Positions 15,346 through 23,087 of a stretch of 32,000 bases of DNA are shown here, piece after piece. The notes beneath the pieces were generated by a model. The model saw only the letters and a list, made by a program, of their open reading frames with translations. It was not told the origin of the DNA and did no database searches. A program made the translations under genes and the position numbers. The first letter of the stretch is position 1. Every line of letters starts with the position of its first letter. The stretch comes from Candidatus Nanoarchaeia archaeon (GTDB lineage: Archaea > Nanobdellota > Nanobdellia > SCGC-AAA011-G17 > JACPNG01), in contig JAQTMK010000001.1 in NCBI GenBank assembly GCA_028714375.1, positions 116,729 through 148,728 on the forward strand, given 5' to 3'.

Positions 15346-17054
15346 TTTTTGTCCTCCTCTCCTCTTATGACTTTAAATGTATAATCGCCTGGACCTGGCT
15401 CTGCATTAATTTCCCCAATTGGGCCGATATATGAACCTCCTCTGGCGATGATTTGAACTCCGTAGATATATTCCACACCAGGGGGAAGCCCATGACCGTA
15501 GATATCTTCTCCAATATCCCGTCTGACAATTTCAAGATACACTTTGCTTTCTCCTGTCAGATTATTGGTTATCTCAATAAGCCTCAGATTTAGGTCCTTC
15601 GGATTAACTTCGAAAATAGGGGTTGTGCTGAATGATGTATCTTTAGTTCTCCTGTAGACTTTCATCAATTCAATCCATGGTTCGACCGGATAACAGACGT
15701 ATAACCTTCCTACAAAGAATGGTTCTCTTGAAGATCTCGAGTCATTAAATATGTCGCCCTTACAAGGACATCCACCCTTGCAGTCTCTTGAAACAACTGT
15801 AAAGATTTTTTCCTTAAGCAGATTTCCGTTTGAAGTTACCCTTACAAGTATATTTTCAGTTGTCGGGTAAGCGTGTGTGTGGCTTATGTTAAGATCTTTA
15901 GATGTAAATCCACAGGAACACATCCACTCAGCAGAGATTGGAAGATTATTTGGATTGCTGACTACCCGCACTATACCATTGAAGGTATGAGGCAGACATT
16001 CATTCAGAGGAGTAAGCGATACCTCAACTATCGGAGAATCATCACATCTTACAACAACTACTTTGGCAGATGCAGTACCAGTAATTCCTGTAGCGTTTCT
16101 TGCTTCCAATTTGATGTTATATACACCTTCAGCATGATATATGTGAGTAATCGCGTCTGAGTTCGAAAGAATGCCATCGTCACCACTCCATTGCTGCCAT
16201 ACCACCGGTCCACCGCTTACAATTGTGAATCTGAATAAAACTGATTCACCGACGCATTTCTTTTCAGGAGTAATAATAATTTTTAGCACAGGACCCGGAC
16301 AATTTTCAACTACGCTGGTTTTTGTTAAGGTGGATGTACTTCCATTTTTATCCATCGCAATTAACGTTACTGATATTGGTCCAACAGAAGTTGGAGTATG
16401 TGGGCAGGTTATACTTTTGCTTCCAACCTTGTATCCATCACTCCATTCAAATGTGTATGGAGTGATAGGATGGGGCCCGCTCGCAAAATTGGTTCCAGTA
16501 GCGTCAGCAGTGAATTCTTGCCCAAGACAGCCTTTATCTGGAGTGAGACCTAATTTTGCTTCTGGCGGACAAGTAACTACCTTTCCATATTTTTTAATCT
16601 TGGTTGTCGCCTCAGTTTTATCTTTGGCTGTTAACTCAACCCAGAAGGTTCCAACTGCAAGCACAGAGTGGGTGCATGTGATTGAAGTACCAGATTGCAC
16701 AAAACCATCGCTCCATTCAAAGCGATAGGGAGTTGTCGGATGTATGCCATCTGGGAATGTTGTCCCAGATGCATCCGCCACTCTATCTCCAGGGCATCCA
16801 CTATCAGGAGTTAAACCCAAGATAGGGTTTGGAGGATGACATTTGGCAATAGGTTCTTCAATGACTTTTTTCATAGATGGTTTAATATCTTCTGTAATCT
16901 TATCTTCCTGCGATGAACCTGTCAGAATCTCCTTAGCTGAAGAATCGTCGTTTCCATCTTCACCTTTTAATAATTTTTCTATACGATTACACCCAGAGAA
17001 AAGGAACAACAATAAAATTATTGCTCCCATCAAAACAAACAATTTGTGTTTCAT
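15342..17054 (-). CDS. 570-aa lipobox protein with four tandem Cys-framed PKD-like modules and a Cys-rich C-terminal domain
   Basis: The true start is the ATG at 17054, preceded by AGGAGGTG 5 nt upstream; the track start at 17102 is GTG. The N-terminus MKHKLFVLMGAIILLLFLFSGC contains the lipobox LFSGC. PKD-like cores are PYRFEWSDGFVQSGTSITCTH and PYTFEWSDGYKVGSKSITCPH. Confidence 0.8.
   Translation of the reverse strand: MKHKLFVLMGAIILLLFLFSGCNRIEKLLKGEDGNDDSSAKEILTGSSQEDKITEDIKPSMKKVIEEPIAKCHPPNPILGLTPDSGCPGDRVADASGTTFPDGIHPTTPYRFEWSDGFVQSGTSITCTHSVLAVGTFWVELTAKDKTEATTKIKKYGKVVTCPPEAKLGLTPDKGCLGQEFTADATGTNFASGPHPITPYTFEWSDGYKVGSKSITCPHTPTSVGPISVTLIAMDKNGSTSTLTKTSVVENCPGPVLKIIITPEKKCVGESVLFRFTIVSGGPVVWQQWSGDDGILSNSDAITHIYHAEGVYNIKLEARNATGITGTASAKVVVVRCDDSPIVEVSLTPLNECLPHTFNGIVRVVSNPNNLPISAEWMCSCGFTSKDLNISHTHAYPTTENILVRVTSNGNLLKEKIFTVVSRDCKGGCPCKGDIFNDSRSSREPFFVGRLYVCYPVEPWIELMKVYRRTKDTSFSTTPIFEVNPKDLNLRLIEITNNLTGESKVYLEIVRRDIGEDIYGHGLPPGVEYIYGVQIIARGGSYIGPIGEINAEPGPGDYTFKVIRGEEDKK
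15786..16841 (-). repeat. Four tandem ~85-90-aa PKD-like modules (protein level), each opening with Cys and carrying a second Cys 15-16 residues downstream (C-x14-15-C)
   Basis: Modules span aa 72-161, 162-251, 252-336 and 337-423, counted from the ATG at 17054. The first two are clearly paralogous: CHPPNPILGLTPDSGCPG versus CPPEAKLGLTPDKGCLG. Confidence 0.6.
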
Positions 17055-17239
17055 GAAACACCTCCTAAAGTTAGAATTTTTAGGCCTTCCAAGTCTTTCC
17101 ACTTAAAACTTTTTTAAGAAGAAAGTTACAACTAAGATGACCTACTTTGATTTTTTACAATTACAAATACGAAATTCTAGACCTATTTATTATTTATAAA
17201 GATTTCCTTTTGTAACTCCTATTAATGAGTAACAATTTT

Positions 17240-18025
17240 TCACCCTTTCATACAAATCTGATAAAACTCACATTCACCAGTGCCCCACTTGCACAAAGGA
17301 CCTTCACATTTAGGATATTCTTTGACATTATCGCTTTTAGTCATTTCATGGATTTTTTTAACCTCTTTTTTGGCAAATTCAATAAGTTCATCATCCACAG
17401 TAATATACTCTTCACCAAATTTTAAAAAATTAATCCCTGCCTTAGAAGGCATTCGTCCATATTTTTCATAAAACAACAAACAATAGATAGCAAGCTGTAA
17501 CTTATACTCCTCAGTAATGTAATCCTTATTGGAAGTTTTATAATCCAGTATAATTCCCTCATCATCAAAAAGAGCATCAATATACCCTCTTACTTTATAC
17601 TTATCACTGATAAACTCAACCTCAGTCTTTGGCTTTAGTTTGTTAAAACTTGTAACCAAATCATCAGGATCTAACTTGTCAAGTAAATCATTAACCCAGT
17701 ATCCAATCATGTCACGAGTTTCTTCAAAATAAAATCCAATCTTCTCTTTAGGAGAAACAGTTTCAAAAATATCACTTTTGTTTAACAACCAGTGTTTTTT
17801 TAATAATTCTAAAGCAATCATTCTTAATTCAAAATCAAAATTTTCTTTGGAAATCTCATCTATGTTTATGTTAAAGAATTCTTCAAGAACGCTGTGAACT
17901 AAATTTCCCCTGACCAAATGTATTGATTTTTTTAAAGGTAGGTTCTTAATATATTGATAATAATATCTTCTGGGACATTGTCTGTATGTATTTATTGATG
18001 AAGCAGACTGATATTCACGGGGCAT
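17240..18025 (-). CDS. PD-(D/E)XK nuclease, Cas4/RecB-exonuclease-like with Fe-S cysteines
   Basis: 261 aa. An N-terminal Cys lies in YRQCPRRYYY. The core motifs are IDALFD...ILDYK (D...D/ExK) and QLAIYCLL (QxxxY). The C-terminal cysteine cluster is CEGPLCKWGTGECEFYQIC. Confidence 0.7.
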   Translation of the reverse strand: MPREYQSASSINTYRQCPRRYYYQYIKNLPLKKSIHLVRGNLVHSVLEEFFNINIDEISKENFDFELRMIALELLKKHWLLNKSDIFETVSPKEKIGFYFEETRDMIGYWVNDLLDKLDPDDLVTSFNKLKPKTEVEFISDKYKVRGYIDALFDDEGIILDYKTSNKDYITEEYKLQLAIYCLLFYEKYGRMPSKAGINFLKFGEEYITVDDELIEFAKKEVKKIHEMTKSDNVKEYPKCEGPLCKWGTGECEFYQICMKG

Positions 18026-18074
18026 TTAGAAAAACATAAATTAGCGATATTTAAATTTAAGTATACTGCAGTAT

Positions 18075-19184
18075 TTAGATTCCGATTTTCTTCATTAACT
18101 CATCCTTGTCAAACTCTTTTAAATCGTTATAATTCTGGCCGTTTCCGAAATAAATTATAGGTTTTCCGGTCACATATGAAACAGAAATAGCAGCTCCGCC
18201 TTTCTCATCAACGTCTAATTTGCTTAAGATAATACCGTCAATGCCAACTGCTTCATTGAATTTAACAACCTGTTCTATGCAGTCATTCCCAGTTATTGAC
18301 TCACCTATAAATATTTTCATGTCAGGTTTTGCAACTTTGATTATTTTTTTCATCTCATCCATTAAGTTAGTATTGCTGTGAAGTCTTCCTGCAGTATCAA
18401 TCAAAACAACATCAAGATTTTTGGATTCAGCATGTTTTATCCCGTCAAAACAGACAGCAGCAGGATCAGATCCATAATCATGCTTGATAACTTTAATACC
18501 TAATTTTTCTCCATGTTCTTCAAGTTGATGTATTGCTGCAGCCCTGAATGTATCTGCTGCAACTAAAACACAGCTTAATTTGTGGTCCTGTAATTTTTTA
18601 GCAACTTTTGCAATTGTAGTTGTTTTACCGCTTCCATTAACTCCAAGAAAAACAATAACATAAGGTTTTTTTGTTTTAACTTTTGAAATTAAATCAAATT
18701 TATCATTTTTGAATAAACTTTCAATGCTTGTTTTAAGACTTTCTAAGATAATCTCTTCAATCTGTCCTTTTTTCAATGGTTTTTCAACCAAATCTTTTTT
18801 CAAATCCTCTTTTATTTTTTCTATAACTTCCAAGGCAACATTGTTTTCGAGTAAAACCATCTCTAAATCATAAAATAACTCTTCAAACTTTTCCTCATCA
18901 ATTTTTTTAGTGGTTATGACTTCATGGAATTTTTTGAATAAACCTTTTTTTTCTTTAGGCTCTTCTTTGATAACAGTTTCTTCAAAGAACTCTTTTTTTT
19001 CTATTTTTTCCTCAAAACTCTTTGTTTTTTTGTGTTCTTTTACTTCTTCCTTGATTTCTATCTTTTTTTCTTTGGGTTTTTCCTCTATCTTAACTTCAAT
19101 TTTCTCTTCAGGCACTTCTTCCTCAGCTTTTTTGCTGATTTTCTCTACAACGCCCTTTATCTTGTCTTTTAAAAATTTAAACAT
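18075..19184 (-). CDS. ftsY: SRP receptor FtsY
   Basis: 369 aa. It has a K/E-rich N-terminal region and an NG domain with GVNGSGKTTT, DTAGR and SKLD motifs. Confidence 0.95.
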   Translation of the reverse strand: MFKFLKDKIKGVVEKISKKAEEEVPEEKIEVKIEEKPKEKKIEIKEEVKEHKKTKSFEEKIEKKEFFEETVIKEEPKEKKGLFKKFHEVITTKKIDEEKFEELFYDLEMVLLENNVALEVIEKIKEDLKKDLVEKPLKKGQIEEIILESLKTSIESLFKNDKFDLISKVKTKKPYVIVFLGVNGSGKTTTIAKVAKKLQDHKLSCVLVAADTFRAAAIHQLEEHGEKLGIKVIKHDYGSDPAAVCFDGIKHAESKNLDVVLIDTAGRLHSNTNLMDEMKKIIKVAKPDMKIFIGESITGNDCIEQVVKFNEAVGIDGIILSKLDVDEKGGAAISVSYVTGKPIIYFGNGQNYNDLKEFDKDELMKKIGI

Positions 19185-19218
19185 AGAATTAGCTATTACT
19201 GATTATTTATAAATTTAA

Positions 19219-20184
19219 TCACCCTAAGGCATACATCTTTCTTATTACCAAAGTGCCATAACTTCCTTTAGGCAGTTCAAAACTTACTTCAGCTGTGTTT
19301 TCATCTAGATAAGTTATTTTTAGTTCCTTTACTCTTACAATCAAATCCCTTTCAGTACCTTCAGAACTTATCTCAGGCAATTCCTTGATTAAGAAACTTT
19401 CTTCAGTAAGTTTTTCTTCAAATAAGATCCCTTTGTAAATTTCTCCAAACTCTCCTTTTAATTCTGTCAAGAATCCGATTATAGGAACTTTAACATTGGC
19501 AATCTTATCTCCTGAAAAAATAACCTCTCCCAGATTAGTATCTGAAGTCTTATATTTTTCATATTTTTTTCCAAAATAAACATAAAGTGCTTTGTTGAAT
19601 AAATAACTCTGGTAAGCATTAACGTAAAACCTTAATTTCCTGACTCCAATGCTTCTTATTTCATTGACATAATCTTTTCCTTCAACTTTAATATCCAGTA
19701 GTTTACACGCTTCAGAAAAATTCTTTTTAATCAAACACTCACCAATTATATGATTTTTTCCTGAAAACCTCTGATCATCAAAATAATTTTCAAGAAAATG
19801 AATTTTGGCAAGTTTTCTGTCAAGGTCTCTTACAACAATTTTGAATAGGTTTCCTCTCATCTGTCCTAATTTTATTCTTTCATCTCCATAACCTATAAAT
19901 TTAAACCGAACATCTTTAACTCTTAGATCATCAAACTTTTCTTTCTTGACACCAAAAACAGAAAAATACTGTTTTGTTATAGCATTCTTATCCTTTAAAC
20001 CAGCAACATTGAAATTAGTTACTTTAAGCTTTAGTCTTCTGGCAATCTCTTTAATCAAATCATTTGTGTTCCAATTCTTCTTTTCAATCATAAAATAAGC
20101 ATATTTACCAGAATCCTTTAAAATTTTAAAATTAGGAATTTCTTCTACAAAAAAGTCCTCTGGAGTCTGTTTTATTGTGTACAT
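19219..20184 (-). CDS. truD: tRNA pseudouridine synthase D (TruD/Pus7 family)
   Basis: 321 aa. The N-terminal IKQTPEDFFVEE and the GLKDKNAITKQ motif containing the catalytic Asp are typical of TruD. Confidence 0.8.
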   Translation of the reverse strand: MYTIKQTPEDFFVEEIPNFKILKDSGKYAYFMIEKKNWNTNDLIKEIARRLKLKVTNFNVAGLKDKNAITKQYFSVFGVKKEKFDDLRVKDVRFKFIGYGDERIKLGQMRGNLFKIVVRDLDRKLAKIHFLENYFDDQRFSGKNHIIGECLIKKNFSEACKLLDIKVEGKDYVNEIRSIGVRKLRFYVNAYQSYLFNKALYVYFGKKYEKYKTSDTNLGEVIFSGDKIANVKVPIIGFLTELKGEFGEIYKGILFEEKLTEESFLIKELPEISSEGTERDLIVRVKELKITYLDENTAEVSFELPKGSYGTLVIRKMYALG

Positions 20185-20268
20185 AAAAAATAAATATTAC
20201 CAAGAGTCTATAAATTTATCTATTTTAAAATATAAATCCTTTTAAAAGAAAAATAACTCATAATCCAA

Positions 20269-20886
20269 ATGGCCGAAGTTATTATTACCTATGAAACTTT
20301 ATATGAAATTCTTAGAAGGGAAAAGTTCAGAGAAGAACTCCAAAAACTGAATGAAACCTTTTTCCAGGATATAATAAATTATCTTAAGGATAAGAAAACA
20401 ATTTTGGAATCTCAGCAGACTAAAGTTTCCATTTTTACAAGTGTTGAATCAAGCAAAACAAAGAAACAGATTGAAAACACGCTTAAGATTCTGAAAGAAT
20501 TATATGAAAGAAGAGAGGCAAAAATAATCAGAATGGCTACTTTCTCCTCAAGATCAGAAGAGAACAGTGAAGTTGATTCTTTGTTGCCAGAAGAAAAACA
20601 ATTATACTTAGAATTGAAAACAACTTTGGATTCATACAGACAAGGCATATTATTCAACCTTTTGTCTGAAAAAATGCCTGAAATCTCTAAAAGAGAAGTT
20701 TCAAAAGATTTAAAAACCCCCGAAAATCCGAAAGATACTATACTGATTAAGTTTATACAGGCAGTTCCCAAATTTTTAGGGGAAGACTTAAATGTCTATG
20801 GTCCTTTTGAACCAGAAGACATAGCAAACTTGCCAGCAAAAACGGCAAATTTATTAATACAAAAAAGCAGAGCAGAATCAATATGA
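20269..20886 (+). CDS. GINS-like DNA replication complex subunit (tentative)
   Basis: 205 aa. The helical N-terminus (TYETLYEILRREKFREELQKLNETFFQDIINYLKDKK) resembles the archaeal Gins51/15 A-domain pattern, and the size fits. Its stop overlaps the L44e start (ATGA). The family call is by eye only. Confidence 0.45.
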   Translation: MAEVIITYETLYEILRREKFREELQKLNETFFQDIINYLKDKKTILESQQTKVSIFTSVESSKTKKQIENTLKILKELYERREAKIIRMATFSSRSEENSEVDSLLPEEKQLYLELKTTLDSYRQGILFNLLSEKMPEISKREVSKDLKTPENPKDTILIKFIQAVPKFLGEDLNVYGPFEPEDIANLPAKTANLLIQKSRAESI

Positions 20887-21188
20887 AAACACCAAAAACA
20901 ATAAGAAAATATTGTAAGCATTGTAATAAACCTACAGAGCAGGCTATCAGCGCTGCTAAAAAAAGAGACAGAGGTACATTAAAGAGAGGTTCTATTGCTA
21001 GAGGTAAAGGAAGAGGACGTGGAACTGGTTTAGGAAACAAAGGAAGATGGGGATCTAAGCCAACAAAACCTAAAATGTTAGGTAAGAAAACCTCTAAGAA
21101 AAGAGACTTAAGATATAAATGTAAAGAGTGTGGAAAAACTTCAATTCAAAGATCAGGAGTAAGAACTAAGAAATTAGTTTTTGAATAA
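20883..21188 (+). CDS. rpl44e: 50S ribosomal protein L44e (eL42)
   Basis: 101 aa, very basic. It has two CxxC pairs (CKHCNK and CKECGK) at the spacing characteristic of L44e. Confidence 0.9.
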   Translation: MKTPKTIRKYCKHCNKPTEQAISAAKKRDRGTLKRGSIARGKGRGRGTGLGNKGRWGSKPTKPKMLGKKTSKKRDLRYKCKECGKTSIQRSGVRTKKLVFE

Positions 21189-21192
21189 TTAA

Positions 21193-21381
21193 ATGAGAAC
21201 AGCTACAAAAGAACCAAATAGTAAATTTTTGAAAGTAAGATGTTCTAAGTGTAAAAACGAACAATTTGTATTTGGAAAACCAGCCTCCCAAGTTAACTGT
21301 CTAGTTTGCAACACCTCTCTAGTCGAACCTAGCGGAGGAAAAGGAAAAATTAAGGGCAGAGTCTTGGAGGTATTGGAGTAA
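21193..21381 (+). CDS. rps27e: 30S ribosomal protein S27e
   Basis: 62 aa. The zinc ribbon is [32 protein letters not shown]. Confidence 0.9.
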   Translation: MRTATKEPNSKFLKVRCSKCKNEQFVFGKPASQVNCLVCNTSLVEPSGGKGKIKGRVLEVLE

Positions 21382-22166
21382 TGTTTTATAAGAAAAAAGG
21401 ATGGCCAGAAGAATCTGACTTAATATTGTGTACTGTTAAAAAAATATTGCCTCATTCTGTTTTTGTTGACCTTGATGAATATGAAAATTTAGAAGGAATG
21501 CTTCACATTTCAGAAGTTGCTCCTGGAAGAATAAGAAATTTAAGGGAATATGTTGTTGAAGGAAAAAAATTAGTCTGCAAGGTATTAAAAGTAGATTCAA
21601 GCCAGAGACATATTGATGTTTCATTGAGAAGAGTTTCAATTGCTTTGATGAGAAAAAAGAACGAAGAATTTAAACAGGAACAAAAGGCAGAAAAACTTTT
21701 GGAATTTTTGGCAAAGAAAAATAAAGTTGAGATTAAGGAAATTTATTTCAAGATTGGAAATGCATTGGTTGAGGAATTTGGAAGTTTGTATTATGCTTTT
21801 GAGGATATTGTAAGAAATAATAATAGTCTTGTAAGGTTAAAAGTTGATGAAAGATTAAGAAAAGAACTTGTTGAAATAGTAAGGGAGAAAATAAGCTTAC
21901 CAGAATTTAAGGTAAAAGGTTTCTTGAAGTTATCTTCTTCAGCCCCAACCGGATTAAGGGACATCAAAGAAGTAATAAACAAGGGAATTGAATTTGCAAG
22001 CAGGAATAAATACAAAGTAAGTTTTGCATACATAAGTGCACCAAAATATGCAGTGGAGGTTATTTCAAATGATTACAAAACTGCTGAAAAAGCACTAAAG
22101 GAAGTTTCAGAATTTATTATCAAAGATCTAATTTCTAAAGGGGGTGTTGGAGAATTCCAAAAGTAG
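21381..22166 (+). CDS. eif2a: Translation initiation factor aIF2 alpha subunit
   Basis: 261 aa. The N-terminal S1 domain is GWPEESDLILCTVKKILPHSVFVDLDEYENLEGMLHISEVAPGRIRNLREY. Its ATG overlaps the S27e stop (TAATG). Confidence 0.9.
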   Translation: MFYKKKGWPEESDLILCTVKKILPHSVFVDLDEYENLEGMLHISEVAPGRIRNLREYVVEGKKLVCKVLKVDSSQRHIDVSLRRVSIALMRKKNEEFKQEQKAEKLLEFLAKKNKVEIKEIYFKIGNALVEEFGSLYYAFEDIVRNNNSLVRLKVDERLRKELVEIVREKISLPEFKVKGFLKLSSSAPTGLRDIKEVINKGIEFASRNKYKVSFAYISAPKYAVEVISNDYKTAEKALKEVSEFIIKDLISKGGVGEFQK

Positions 22167-22171
22167 AAATT

Positions 22172-22321
22172 TTGTATTGTAAAAAGTGTGATATCTACAC
22201 TCTGAAAGAAAATTGCCCTAAATGTAAACAAAAAACAATGTCCAACAAACCAGCTAAGTTTTCTATCGAAGATAAGTATGGAAAATATAGAAGAATAGCT
22301 AAAAAAGTATATAAAGAGTAA
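22172..22321 (+). CDS. nop10: H/ACA RNP protein Nop10 (not in the ORF track)
   Basis: Hand translation gives (M)YCKKCDIYTLKENCPKCKQKTMSNKPAKFSIEDKYGKYRRIAKKVYKE. This matches the Nop10 zinc-ribbon pattern C..C..YTL...CP.C plus P.KFS..D.YG.YR. The only in-frame ATG sits 22 codons in, past the zinc ribbon, so I propose the TTG at 22172. The exact start is uncertain. Confidence 0.75.
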   Translation: MYCKKCDIYTLKENCPKCKQKTMSNKPAKFSIEDKYGKYRRIAKKVYKE

Positions 22322-22337
22322 ATTTTGTCAATATAAA

Positions 22338-23087
22338 ATGTCATTTGAATTTAAGGTTTTGAAAAAAGTAAAATTAAACAAACCAATATTGATAGAAGGT
22401 CTTCCTGGAATAGGAAATGTAGGAAAGATTACTGCTGATTTTATTATAGAATCTCTTAAGGCAGAAAAAATAATTGATATCAGGACCTACAATCTGCCAA
22501 ATGCAGTTTTTGTTGGAGAAGATAATCTGATCGAATTACCTTCATTGGCAATATATTATAAAAGATGGAAAAATAATGATATCCTGATCCTTGGAGGAGA
22601 TGTTCAACCTCTGGATGAAAAATCCTGTTATGAATTTTGTGATTTATTATTACAATTACTAAAATCCTATAATACTCAGGAAATTATTACCATTGGAGGT
22701 ATTGGCCTTGGCACAGCCCCTATGGATCCAAAAGTGTTTGCAACTGCAAATAATAAAAAAATGCTTGCAAAATACAAGCACAATAAAGTATCAAGCAGTT
22801 TATATGGGATTGTTGGTCCAATTGTAGGAGTGACTGGAATTCTTCCAGCCTTGTCTTCAAGATATGATATTCCTTCAATAATTTTATTGGCAGAAACCTT
22901 GGGTCATCCAGGTTATCTTGGCATAAAAGGATCAAGGGCAGTACTGCAGGTTTTAGAATCTAAGTTTAGTTTTAAGATGGATCTGAAATCATTGGATGCT
23001 GAAATAAATGAACTTGAAACCGAATTAAAAGCCAAAGATTTAAGTTTAATATTAAAAAAACAGTCGAGTATAGATTATATTGGTTAA
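22338..23087 (+). CDS. PAC2-family proteasome assembly chaperone-like protein
   Basis: 249 aa. The N-terminal motif is PILIEGLPGIGNVGKITADFIIESL. It occupies the conserved position after Nop10. Confidence 0.7.
   Translation: MSFEFKVLKKVKLNKPILIEGLPGIGNVGKITADFIIESLKAEKIIDIRTYNLPNAVFVGEDNLIELPSLAIYYKRWKNNDILILGGDVQPLDEKSCYEFCDLLLQLLKSYNTQEIITIGGIGLGTAPMDPKVFATANNKKMLAKYKHNKVSSSLYGIVGPIVGVTGILPALSSRYDIPSIILLAETLGHPGYLGIKGSRAVLQVLESKFSFKMDLKSLDAEINELETELKAKDLSLILKKQSSIDYIG

Noticed and set aside
16171-16728. Long antisense ORFs opposite real genes: 16171..16728, 15873..16160, 12244..12660, 10725..11132, 9037..9468, 20412..20771, 20753..21040, 24930..25424, 5166..5447, 6172..6462 and 18910..19212
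   Set aside because: These are shadow ORFs on the opposite strand of well-supported genes. They have low-complexity Ser/Leu/Phe-rich translations, no ribosome-binding sites and no recognisable motifs.
11935-17054. Using the strong GGAGG Shine-Dalgarno sites of island genes as evidence of bacterial origin
   Set aside because: Backbone operon-internal genes (ATGs at 3416, 5506 and 30376) have the same AGGAGGTG-type sites. SD usage therefore does not discriminate island from host. Only GC content, terminator architecture and protein types do.
17055-17102. N-terminal extensions of track ORFs: 17102 (GTG), 9910 (TTG), 8765 (TTG), 26543 (TTG) and 7087 (GTG)
   Set aside because: In each case an ATG with a good ribosome-binding site, or a sensible signal-peptide N-terminus, lies a few codons downstream. 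The extensions add non-hydrophobic junk in front of signal peptides or are built from the ribosome-binding site itself.
18063-18074. The perfect 12-nt palindrome ATACTGCAGTAT immediately after the FtsY stop
   Set aside because: It is too short and has no loop, so it cannot be called a terminator or binding site without further copies. It is probably chance.
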